DNA of 54,626 nt from Nitrospirota bacterium (lineage in GTDB: Bacteria; Nitrospirota; Thermodesulfovibrionia; Thermodesulfovibrionales; Dissulfurispiraceae). The stretch covers positions 1-54,626 of the forward strand of contig JAJZPZ010000001.1 of assembly GCA_021847795.1 (NCBI GenBank). The letters are read 5' to 3'. Under the pieces are notes generated by a model. That model was not told the origin of the DNA. It did no database searches and saw only the letters and a program-made list of their open reading frames with translations. A program made the position numbers and the translations under genes. Below, piece by piece: positions 34,761 through 43,025 of this stretch. How positions within the stretch are numbered: the stretch's first letter is position 1; each line of letters begins with the position of its first letter.

Positions 34761-34898
34761 TCACCTGTGCATCAGTCCCAGAATCCCAATGATAATAAGA
34801 TAAAGCGCCACGATAAAATTGAGGAGGCGGGGAATGATCAGTATCAGTATTCCTGCAATCAATGCAACCACCGGTTCCAAGGCTACATTAACAGTCAT
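34761..34898 (-). CDS. Small membrane protein, DUF3096-like (45 aa). Absent from the ORF track.
   Basis: Hand translation: MTVNVALEPVVALIAGILILIIPRLLNFIVALYLIIIGILGLMHR-TGA. AAGGAGGG lies 5 nt upstream of ATG 34898. The stop is 6 nt before the DinB start, whose RBS it overlaps. Confidence 0.6.
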   Translation of the reverse strand: MTVNVALEPVVALIAGILILIIPRLLNFIVALYLIIIGILGLMHR

Positions 34899-35067
34899 AG
34901 CGGCCCTCCTTTGCATAATGCGGTTGCGTGACTCTCACTACATATACCTAAAGTATAAATCCGATTCTCCTGCATGGCAACGCATATTCAGTAATCAGGG
35001 CCGGTAGTGATGAGGTTTGTTTTCTTTTAACTCCTCACCCATGACTCTCCACTGTTTTTAAGGGAAG

Positions 35068-36717
35068 TTATTTTTCGAGATGATAGTAGGCCGGCAGTGC
35101 CGTGAGCCGCGCGTCGTCCGATGGTCCCCCGACAGTAAAATGATAAAGGTCCTGGTATGCGTTATCGGCGAACCCCAGCAGCTGATGCACCAGGTCATCA
35201 AAAAAACACCCGATGCCGGCGCCCCTCAGGGAATGGGCCTCTGCCTCAAGATAGAGGACCTGCCCGATCATTCCGGCTGCCCAGTGGAGTGTGCGGTACC
35301 GGTAGGGGCGGCTTTCAACGATATCCCTGAATTTCGCAATCATTGCCACTGCAAAGGCGCTGTCTCCGGCAATATCCTGGCCACAGCTCACACGCTCCGC
35401 AGTTTCCCTGAAGTCACCCTGCTGCAGAAGGTAGAGGGGCAGGGCGCCGGGGCCGCCTTTGACCCGCTCCCAGAGAAAATCATCCCGGCATTCCCTCCTG
35501 ATATTCTCAAAGTCGTCCTCATCGCGGAGCAGGAAATAAATCCCGGGCCCTATGCCGCCGACCCGGTGAACAAAAAGAAGGAGATGAATGCAGACCTCCT
35601 CCAGCCCTGCATCAAAAGGCGCCGAGCCGTTCCTCGGCACCGTCTTGTCGAGCAGGGCAAGGAACGCGTCTTTTGCTATGGGAGTCTTCCCATCATAATG
35701 CTGCGCGCTCCTCCGCCGGCGGATGATCTGCGCTGCCTGCTTTCCGGGGATCTCCTTTTCAGCATATTCCTGCACATTGTACCTGTACCGGGCTTCATCG
35801 GTCTTTGGTTTCAGTGTGGCCTGTGCTGTCTCGCTGATTAGCTCCCAATCCACATGATCACTGCTCAGCCGGTTCGGCCGGCCCTCGAAGACAAGGGAAG
35901 AAAAAGAGCGGATGATCTCTGAAGGCACATCGCACGGCGCCGGGCCGCTCGTATTGCTGTGGATGAAGAGCAGGAGTTCAGGGTGCTCTTTTTCAAAGGG
36001 CTGCCAGACGGTTTTCCGGAACCCGAGAACTGTTTCAATATCCTGATAGGAAAGGGCATTGAGATAAACAGCCTTCCATCCCAGCAGGTTCGCGGAAAAA
36101 CTCATGCATGCAACTGCATGGCCGAGATCATGGTTGCAGTAGCGGAAGGCGCGCTCACCGTACTTCCATGCCTCTTTCCAATAGATACTGCTCAGCCCTA
36201 CTAGAAATCCCTCTGTTCCAAAGTGCCCGCGGAGTCTTTCCCGGAGCATATCGTCAAATGCCGCCCTCGGCTCCAATGCATGAAAAAAGGGGTTATAGTG
36301 AAACACTCCTCCCGGGTGAGCGCCTTCAGCAAAAAACGGAAGAATGAGATACGCCTCTGTGGGGTGGAGATTGCCGCTGGAGGGATTTATCCTGAGCGCC
36401 CATTTGCCCCCGAGAAAACGCTTCCAGGTGGAAAGCCCCAGGGAAAGCTCCAGGAATGCAGCGACATTTTGCAGGGAAAAAGACCGGGGGATGTTCCGGG
36501 CACGCTCGTATAAGGAGAAATAATTTGCTTCAGGGTCTTCCTTAAGAAAAGGCAGGCGGACAGGGACCGTACCGTCGTATCTTCTGAAGGGGTCGGGGGC
36601 ACTTTCCCAATCGAGGTATCCGGGCGCGCGGGCATAGCGGCCGGGGCGATGCTTTGTCTCCTCGTGGTACTGTATAACTTTCAGCGCAGCCCCTGTTCTC
36701 TCTGAGACCCCTTTCAT
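35068..36717 (-). CDS. SagB/ThcOx-type dehydrogenase, double nitroreductase-fold protein
   Basis: 549 aa. N-terminal VIQYHEETKHRPGRYARAPGYLDWESAPDPF is typical of SagB-type proteins. There are two nitroreductase-like halves (PSSGNLHP, RRRRSAQHY). Confidence 0.8.
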   Translation of the reverse strand: MKGVSERTGAALKVIQYHEETKHRPGRYARAPGYLDWESAPDPFRRYDGTVPVRLPFLKEDPEANYFSLYERARNIPRSFSLQNVAAFLELSLGLSTWKRFLGGKWALRINPSSGNLHPTEAYLILPFFAEGAHPGGVFHYNPFFHALEPRAAFDDMLRERLRGHFGTEGFLVGLSSIYWKEAWKYGERAFRYCNHDLGHAVACMSFSANLLGWKAVYLNALSYQDIETVLGFRKTVWQPFEKEHPELLLFIHSNTSGPAPCDVPSEIIRSFSSLVFEGRPNRLSSDHVDWELISETAQATLKPKTDEARYRYNVQEYAEKEIPGKQAAQIIRRRRSAQHYDGKTPIAKDAFLALLDKTVPRNGSAPFDAGLEEVCIHLLLFVHRVGGIGPGIYFLLRDEDDFENIRRECRDDFLWERVKGGPGALPLYLLQQGDFRETAERVSCGQDIAGDSAFAVAMIAKFRDIVESRPYRYRTLHWAAGMIGQVLYLEAEAHSLRGAGIGCFFDDLVHQLLGFADNAYQDLYHFTVGGPSDDARLTALPAYYHLEK

Positions 36718-36756
36718 CGCTTCTGATATCTCCTATGGGAGCACGTCCTTATGCGC

Positions 36757-37455
36757 CTACCAGGGCAGTTCCCGGCCCTCATAGGTCAGGAATTTGCCGT
36801 TGTCCTCATGGTCCAGGAGGTCCAGCACTTTGCGTATTCCTTTCACGCTCTCTTCAGGGCTCAGGGGCGCATGAGGGCCGCCTATCTCGGTCCTTACCCA
36901 TCCGGGATGAAAACAGACGGATATAACGCCTTTTGGCTCCAGGTCCACGGCGATGCTCTTCATGACCATGTTAACAGCAGCCTTGCTTGAGCGATAGATA
37001 TAGTATTCGCCCGAACTGTTATTTGTAATGCTGCCCATAACGCTGCTCATGACGGCCATAACTTTTCGTCCGCTCCTCGTTACCTGGTTTACGAACGCCT
37101 CGGCCATTTTCATCGGGCCTATTGTGTTTACTTTGAAGGCCTCTATCCAGTCCGCTTCATCAGCCTGCCCGAAGCCCTGCTCATCAGGATTGCCTGTCCC
37201 CGCATTATTGAAAAGGATGTCGATCTTTTCATCCCGCAATTCATCCGCCAGCGCCCGTATCTGTCTGGTCTCGGTTACATCAAGGCGGTGTATCGTAACC
37301 GCGCCGCTGCTGCCTCCTGCAAGCCACCCGAGCTGATCAGCGCCCTGCGGGTTGCGGCAACAGGCAAAGACCCTCCACCCCTTGCCGGCATATTGTTTCG
37401 CCAGCTCCAATCCGATCCCCCGGCTGGCGCCGGTTATCAGAATTGCATGTGTCAT
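36757..37455 (-). CDS. Short-chain dehydrogenase/reductase (SDR)
   Basis: MTHAILITGASRGIGLE, NNAG, and Y-x3-K (YRSSKAA). The start is set to ATG 37455 (GGGAGG upstream); the ORF track has 37500. Confidence 0.9.
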   Translation of the reverse strand: MTHAILITGASRGIGLELAKQYAGKGWRVFACCRNPQGADQLGWLAGGSSGAVTIHRLDVTETRQIRALADELRDEKIDILFNNAGTGNPDEQGFGQADEADWIEAFKVNTIGPMKMAEAFVNQVTRSGRKVMAVMSSVMGSITNNSSGEYYIYRSSKAAVNMVMKSIAVDLEPKGVISVCFHPGWVRTEIGGPHAPLSPEESVKGIRKVLDLLDHEDNGKFLTYEGRELPW

Positions 37456-37619
37456 CGCAGCCTCCCTCTCTCTGTATCCGCCTGCATATCCTGCATACAT
37501 AAATGATAGTACGTTTGCTGAAAAAACCCAAACTTTTTATATATTGGCGGATACGGGAAACTCCTTATGCTGAAATACCGAAAAGGATATGCACTCCGCC
37601 TTCGCACCCGGATCAACTG

Positions 37620-40346
37620 TTAACTCCGCCCGCTCCCCGGAACACCGGCTTCCAGGGTGATCCCCCTCTCTACCTTTACCATGTCCTCATCGGAATAGAC
37701 CGTAGTAAATCCGCAGGTTGCGGCAAGGTGCAGCATCCGCGCATTGTTCCTGAGGATCTCCATCCAGAGCGTCCTGACCCCGATTCCCCCGGCAATTTTT
37801 ATGCAGTAGTCGAGAAGCCTTGTTCCGATGCCGTGTCCCTGCCACTCGTCCGCAACCAGGATCGCCAGTTCCGCAGTCTCGAGGTCCGGCTGTTTTATGA
37901 TCCTTACATCGGCAATGATCTTGTCACTTCCGGTTTCTTCCTCTCTGACGGCAGCAATAAAAGCCAGTTCCCTGTCATAATCGATCTGGCAATATCGCAC
38001 CAGTTTTTCGTGAGGCATATCGGTAAGGAACTGGCCGAACCTGAAGCGTATTGTTTCATTCGACAGGCCCTTGAAGAGTTCATAGATCAGCGGCTCATCT
38101 TCAGGACGTATCGGCCTTATTACAGCGGAAGTTCCATCCACAGAGGTTTCAGTCACGTACTTGAAGGGATAGGGGCAGATAGAGAGATGGGAGGGGCAGA
38201 GTTCCTCTCCCGGATACCTGAAAAACGGCGGTTGGACGTCTTTCTCAAGCAGGATGCCTGCATCCAGGGCAAAGCCCTCTGCTTCGGTAACGAGGAAAGG
38301 GTTGATGTCGATTTCCCGGATGCAGGGAAAGTCGATTATCAATTGCGAGAACCTTACCAGCACCTCTTCAAGCATTCTCAGGGTTTGCGCATAGGCCTCA
38401 TGCTGATGCAGGTATTTACAGATCTTTGTCTCCTCCATGAGGCGCCTGGCAAGGGTCTGGTTGAGCGGCGGCAGCCCGACTGCATAATCTCCGAGCGCCT
38501 CAAGCAGCGTGCCCCCTGTGCCGAAGACGATCACCATTCCGAAACTGGGATCTTTTTTGGAGCCGATGACCAGTTCCAGCCCGTGCCGTATGATCATGGG
38601 CTGGACCAGCACATGCGCGCCGGGATCTCCGTGGGCTTGAGCAATCCCTTTCAGCCGCCTGAATGCCTCTCCGGCCTCCTGCTGATCCCTGATATTCAGG
38701 ACCACTCCCCCGGCCTCCCATTTATGAAAGATCTTCTGGGAATCGACCTTCAGCACAACCGGATACCCGATTTCCCCGGACTTCTCTATGGCCTCATCCT
38801 CATTCAGCGCTCTCTGTGTGGTAATGACCGGGATGCCATAGGCCAGGAGCATCTCTTTTACCTCGTTAAGGTTCAGAAGCGGCCTTTTTTCATCCGAGGC
38901 CTTTTTGCAGATTTCCCATGCCCTCCGGGTATCAGGCGCAAAGTCTTTCAGGATGGTCGCCGGTGTTTCACGAAGAAGCTGAAGGTTATAATCATAACAA
39001 TACAGAGAGGTAAAGCTCCTTACTGCCTGTTCAGGAGTAACAAACGTGGGGACTCCTTTTTCGTTCAGGAAGTCCCGTGCCTCAAGCACCTGCTCCCCAC
39101 CCATCCAGACGGTGAAGACCGGGATGAAACCATTGCTCCCCATGGCAGCGACAACTGCCTTTGCAGTATCCAGGGGTCTTGTGCCGAAGAAGGGCACATG
39201 CATCACCAGGAGCCCGTCCACACCGTTGTCGTGCAGACAGGCCCTCACCGCTGCACCATAATTTTCAGGTGAGGCATTGGTGAGGAGATTGACAGGGTTC
39301 CGCACCTGCCGTATTGTCGGGAAAATGCGTTGAAGGTTTTCAAGGGTCTCCTGTTCAAACCCGGCCAGTTCCCCCTCCAGCCTTAAAAGGGAATCCACTG
39401 CTATTATGGAAGGGGCGCCCGCGTTCGTGATAACGGCGAGCCGCTTGCCCTTGGGACGCCGCTGTTTGGCAAGGGTCTCGGCAAGATAGAAGAGATCGAG
39501 GATTTCATCTATCCTCACTGCCCCGGCCCTTTTAAAGGCTGCATCATAGACCCTGTCCTCTCCTGCAAGGACTCCCGAATGGGTGAGCGCCACATGGGCA
39601 GATACATCGAACTTGCCTGATTTTACGACTATAATGGGTTTGCTGCCGGCAAAGCTGCGGACAGCCGTGAGAAATTTCCGCCCCCTTCTGATATGTTCGA
39701 TGTAAAGGATAATGGCCTTTGTCTCAGGGTCTACTCCCAGGTAGTCGATCAGGTCCGAAAAGCCGATGTCGAGTTTTGCTCCCAGGGACACGATATAGCT
39801 GAACCCCACGTTTTTTTCCATTGCCCTGTCCAGGAGGGCCGTGGAGAGTGTGGCGCTTTTTGAAATAAAGGCAATGTTCCCTTTGCCGGGCATTGCGGGA
39901 AAAAGACCGGCATTGAGGTGAGCGCCGGGCCGTATAAAGCCCGAAGAGTTCGGACCCAGGACCCTGAACCCGTATTTCGATGAAAGGTGCCTGATCCGGC
40001 TTTCCATGAGGCGGTAATCACCGACCCGGTTCTCAAAATCAGGGTAAAGGATAGTTACTCCCCTCACCCGCTTCTGCCCGCATTCCTCAAGGGCATCGAT
40101 GATCCGCTCAACAGGAGTTGCCAGTATGGCCAGGTCTATATCACGGGGGATAGCGGATATGCTGCTGAAAGCCTCCACGCCCTGAACAGCTTCCAGCGAG
40201 GGATGAACAGGATAGACAACGCCCTTAAAGCCCCTGCCGATAAGGTTCCGAAATATAAAATAACCGATGGAGCGGGGTTCTTCGTTTGCCCCGATGACGG
40301 CGATTCTCTTCGGATTGAAGAAGGCCTCGATATTTTTGATAGGCAT
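37620..40346 (-). CDS. pat: Pat/YfiQ-type protein acetyltransferase: ADP-forming acyl-CoA synthetase-like domains plus C-terminal GNAT
   Basis: 908 aa. N-terminus FFNPKRIAVIGANEEPRSIGY (CoA-binding), ATP-grasp middle domain, C-terminal GNAT with WQGHGIGTRLLDYCI. Confidence 0.9.
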   Translation of the reverse strand: MPIKNIEAFFNPKRIAVIGANEEPRSIGYFIFRNLIGRGFKGVVYPVHPSLEAVQGVEAFSSISAIPRDIDLAILATPVERIIDALEECGQKRVRGVTILYPDFENRVGDYRLMESRIRHLSSKYGFRVLGPNSSGFIRPGAHLNAGLFPAMPGKGNIAFISKSATLSTALLDRAMEKNVGFSYIVSLGAKLDIGFSDLIDYLGVDPETKAIILYIEHIRRGRKFLTAVRSFAGSKPIIVVKSGKFDVSAHVALTHSGVLAGEDRVYDAAFKRAGAVRIDEILDLFYLAETLAKQRRPKGKRLAVITNAGAPSIIAVDSLLRLEGELAGFEQETLENLQRIFPTIRQVRNPVNLLTNASPENYGAAVRACLHDNGVDGLLVMHVPFFGTRPLDTAKAVVAAMGSNGFIPVFTVWMGGEQVLEARDFLNEKGVPTFVTPEQAVRSFTSLYCYDYNLQLLRETPATILKDFAPDTRRAWEICKKASDEKRPLLNLNEVKEMLLAYGIPVITTQRALNEDEAIEKSGEIGYPVVLKVDSQKIFHKWEAGGVVLNIRDQQEAGEAFRRLKGIAQAHGDPGAHVLVQPMIIRHGLELVIGSKKDPSFGMVIVFGTGGTLLEALGDYAVGLPPLNQTLARRLMEETKICKYLHQHEAYAQTLRMLEEVLVRFSQLIIDFPCIREIDINPFLVTEAEGFALDAGILLEKDVQPPFFRYPGEELCPSHLSICPYPFKYVTETSVDGTSAVIRPIRPEDEPLIYELFKGLSNETIRFRFGQFLTDMPHEKLVRYCQIDYDRELAFIAAVREEETGSDKIIADVRIIKQPDLETAELAILVADEWQGHGIGTRLLDYCIKIAGGIGVRTLWMEILRNNARMLHLAATCGFTTVYSDEDMVKVERGITLEAGVPGSGRS

Positions 40347-40506
40347 ACGTTCTCCCTCAAAAGGCAGACGATTGTTGATGAATGATTGGCGAATCCGAAC
40401 TGCTGTTGTGCTTTTTGGAAAGAGAAGGATCTCTTATTTAAATTGTAGCAGAAAGGTAAAAAGACTACAGTCTCCACTCATAATCCGCAGCCAGGCATTA
40501 TAAACA

Positions 40507-40673
40507 GTGGAAGGAAGGTACGTCTCAAAGTCTTTCGGAAATGCGATGAAATTATTTAGAAGGCCTGTTTTTCTGTTCCATGGACAGGTGGTGCTGTAAT
40601 GGCCTTTATAGGGCGGGAGGGGTCGGCACAAGGAATCGCTTCCGAAAGACTTTGATCCATACCTTCCATCCAC
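40507..40673. other. 167-nt element: roughly 40-bp imperfect inverted-repeat arms enclosing 87 nt (structured RNA or MITE-like)
   Basis: Left arm 40507-40547 and right arm 40635-40673 are complementary over about 35 of 41 positions, including a perfect 16-bp core tcaaagtctttcggaa / ttccgaaagactttga. It lies in the 390-nt gap between the YkgJ-type gene stop and the pat start. Confidence 0.6.
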
Positions 40674-40736
40674 GATGACAAATGAAGGACTCACTCTTTT
40701 CGAAGCGCACATCCGGGATACAAGACCGATTGAAAA

Positions 40737-41270
40737 TCACCCGGCGGAGCGGAGGCTCTTGAAAAAATCTCCGAGCATTTCGCTTCTGAGGTCCATAACC
40801 TCTTCAAAGCGTTTCACAAACTCGCGATAAGGCCTTGCAGGACCTTCCTCTATGTTGTTGAGCAGGGCATTGCAGAAATGCCAGTTGCACCGGAAGGGCC
40901 TCACCGCACGTTCAATCGTACAGCCCTGTCGGGATATGAATTGGCAGGAGTCCGTATCAAGAACGCCCTCTTTGTAGCGCGGCGGCTTCGCCCCGAGGCT
41001 GAAGATATAGATCAGGTCCTCGAAATCATAATAGCCGTGCTTATTTATGCAGCACACGCTTTCGCAACGGGGACATACAACCGCGGTGTTAACCTGGATA
41101 AACGCATCAACGGCATCGATGCCGAATTTTACGATGCGCGCCTTTTCTCCGACAGGGGCAAGCTCAGCCCTGCTTTCTTCGAAAAAACGCTCCATAAGAT
41201 GCACGGCCCTGTCCCACTTCTCCCTGTCGTGCCATGAGAGTTCATAATTCAGCAACTGCAACAGCTTCAT
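40737..41270 (-). CDS. YkgJ/UPF0153-type cysteine-cluster protein (putative Zn/Fe-chelating domain)
   Basis: 177 aa. CPRCESVCC (CxxCxxCC), then SCQFISRQGCTIERAVRPFRCNWHFC. Confidence 0.75.
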   Translation of the reverse strand: MKLLQLLNYELSWHDREKWDRAVHLMERFFEESRAELAPVGEKARIVKFGIDAVDAFIQVNTAVVCPRCESVCCINKHGYYDFEDLIYIFSLGAKPPRYKEGVLDTDSCQFISRQGCTIERAVRPFRCNWHFCNALLNNIEEGPARPYREFVKRFEEVMDLRSEMLGDFFKSLRSAG

Positions 41271-41341
41271 ATCAGTATGTTATATTAAAGCATTCTGTTT
41301 AGCCAATATCCGGCCGGCAATCCGGTAAGTACGGGTGGGCG

Positions 41342-41509
41342 ATGAAATGTAAACTGTGTAACGGAACGCTTAAACTACTCTTCGGCTGAAAGTCGGTCAT
41401 ACTGCGCTGCATGGAATGCGGCAGGGACTTCAGGATCTCGGAATATCTTGATGAGATCGACGACGACACATGGAATCTCATATCACAAAGGCCGAGTAAT
41501 CGCGCGTAA
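41342..41509 (+). CDS. Candidate small selenoprotein: 55-codon zinc-ribbon ORF with in-frame TGA at 41387-41389
   Basis: MKCKLCNGTLKLLFG-[TGA]-KSVILRCMECGRDFRISEYLDEIDDDTWNLISQRPSNRA-TAA. The CxxC pairs sit on both sides of the TGA. A hairpin starts immediately 3' of the TGA. selA is in the window. The ORF ends 30 nt before the next gene on the same strand. Confidence 0.45.
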
Positions 41510-41538
41510 AAATCCTCTTCACAAGGAGTTCAGAGAGA

Positions 41539-42117
41539 ATGGATAAATATCTGCAAAGGATCGGGGAAATCTTCAAAGCCATTGACAGCATATACGATGC
41601 CGCACTGAACCATTACCGCTTCAGCTGCAAAGGATGCGCCGACAACTGCTGTGTGACAAAATTCGATCATCACACCCTTATCGAGGAACTGTTCCTTGCA
41701 GAAGGGCTCAGGGAACTCGACGCCGCCGGGAAAAAAGCTGCCGTCTCCCACGCAGAGGAGGTGGTGAAGGTCCATAATACCTCTCCTGAAGATGTCCGGG
41801 TAATGTGCCCGCTTAACGAAAACGGGCTCTGCACTGTCTATGAGCATCGCCCCATGATCTGCAGGATCCACGGCGTGCCCTACGAGATGCATAAAAGAGA
41901 TATGTCTATCGAGTACGGGATCGGATGCCACAGGTTCATGTCCGAGATGCTGAGCGAAGACCTGAAATACTTTCCCCTGAACCGGACCATGTTCTACGTC
42001 GAGATGGCGCGGCTCGAAAAAGAGGTGAGAGAGAAGCTCAACTATACCGGCGAGTACAGCAAGACCACTGCCGAGATGGTCCTGAGTATTTTGAAGGAGA
42101 ATCAAACCGAAAACTAA
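41539..42117 (+). CDS. YkgJ/UPF0153-type cysteine-cluster protein
   Basis: 192 aa. CKGCADNCC, then MCPLNENGLCTVYEHRPMICRIHGVP. The antisense ORF 41530-42105 has no motifs. Confidence 0.75.
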   Translation: MDKYLQRIGEIFKAIDSIYDAALNHYRFSCKGCADNCCVTKFDHHTLIEELFLAEGLRELDAAGKKAAVSHAEEVVKVHNTSPEDVRVMCPLNENGLCTVYEHRPMICRIHGVPYEMHKRDMSIEYGIGCHRFMSEMLSEDLKYFPLNRTMFYVEMARLEKEVREKLNYTGEYSKTTAEMVLSILKENQTEN

Positions 42118-42142
42118 AGCAGTAGTTTCCTTACAAAGGGAA

Positions 42143-42316
42143 ATGCTGTCTGCTGCAGGAATAAAAAGAGCTTTGCGGCAACACCTTAGTGAGCTTATGA
42201 AATCAAAACAACACCTGTATTTTCGTAGGGACCAGCACAGCTATTCAAGGGGACAGAAGATAGAGAATTTTTTTGTTGCATTGTAAAGCTCTTTTTATTC
42301 CTGCAGCAGACAGCAT
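42143..42316. repeat. Perfect 32-bp inverted repeat flanking a 110-nt spacer (174 nt in total)
   Basis: 42143-42174 atgctgtctgctgcaggaataaaaagagcttt is the exact reverse complement of 42285-42316. It is intergenic between the YkgJ-type gene and the NYN gene. Confidence 0.95.
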
Positions 42317-42344
42317 GATGCGCTAAAACTCTCGGGAGGCAATT

Positions 42345-42881
42345 ATTTCTTATATCATTATTGATGCCTACAACGTTATCGGGATCAATCACCGCGATAT
42401 CGAAAAGGTGCGGCAGGAGTTTATTGATCTCCTGATCCAATACGGGAAAGGCAAAGCCCACAACATCACCGCTGTCTTCGACGGACATAAAAGCGGTGCA
42501 GGTGTTGAAAACAGAGAGGTGCGGGGCGGGATAACAGTCATTTACTCACGGCTCGGGGAGTGCGCCGACGATGTGATCAAGCGGATCATATCCCGGGAGC
42601 GGAGGGAATGGATCGTGATAACCTCTGATAGGGCCATCGTCAATCATGCATGGTCCGTAGACTCCATTCCCGTGCCGTCGGACCGGTTTCTCGAAATCAT
42701 CTCAAAACAGGTCCATACTCAAAAGAGCGCTGAAGAGGCAGGACAATCATGGGAAGAGCGGAGCGGGGACATCCCGGACAAGGATGCCGATGAGGACTTC
42801 GAGGACCATGCCCGGAAAGGAAACCCTCACCAGCTTTCCCGGAAAGAGAAGGCCGTCAGAAAGGCCTTGAGCAAACTTTAG
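42345..42881 (+). CDS. YacP/Rae1-like NYN-domain ribonuclease, probable non-canonical ATT start
   Basis: Conserved family N-terminus IIIDAYNVIG is encoded in frame upstream of the first GTG (42408). No ATG, GTG or TTG lies between the in-frame stop (42324) and this motif. GGGAGG at 42334-42339 is 5 nt before ATT 42345. Downstream: VFDG, VIYS and ADDVIKR. Confidence 0.75.
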   Translation: MSYIIIDAYNVIGINHRDIEKVRQEFIDLLIQYGKGKAHNITAVFDGHKSGAGVENREVRGGITVIYSRLGECADDVIKRIISRERREWIVITSDRAIVNHAWSVDSIPVPSDRFLEIISKQVHTQKSAEEAGQSWEERSGDIPDKDADEDFEDHARKGNPHQLSRKEKAVRKALSKL

Positions 42882-43025
42882 ACTATCAGCTGTGCAGGTC
42901 GGGGATGCACTAAAATGATACACGCATCAACGAAATAAACAGAATTGCAGGAGCAATCTTTAGGTTTCGGTGCGAGTTATTTCCGAACGAATCAATAACA
43001 TCAGCCAGAGCACAGCTTATTCACA

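Noticed and set aside
37503-39272. 589-aa ORF on the plus strand, the second-longest plus-strand ORF in the track
   Set aside because: It lies entirely antisense to the Pat-type acetyltransferase gene, whose domains are clearly recognisable. The product is rich in R/P/H/G/L, which is typical of antisense frames, and it has no motif or RBS.
41530-42105. 191-aa minus-strand ORF
   Set aside because: It is the mirror of the YkgJ-type gene (41539-42117), which carries the CxxCxxxCC and RPxxCR signatures. The antisense product has none.
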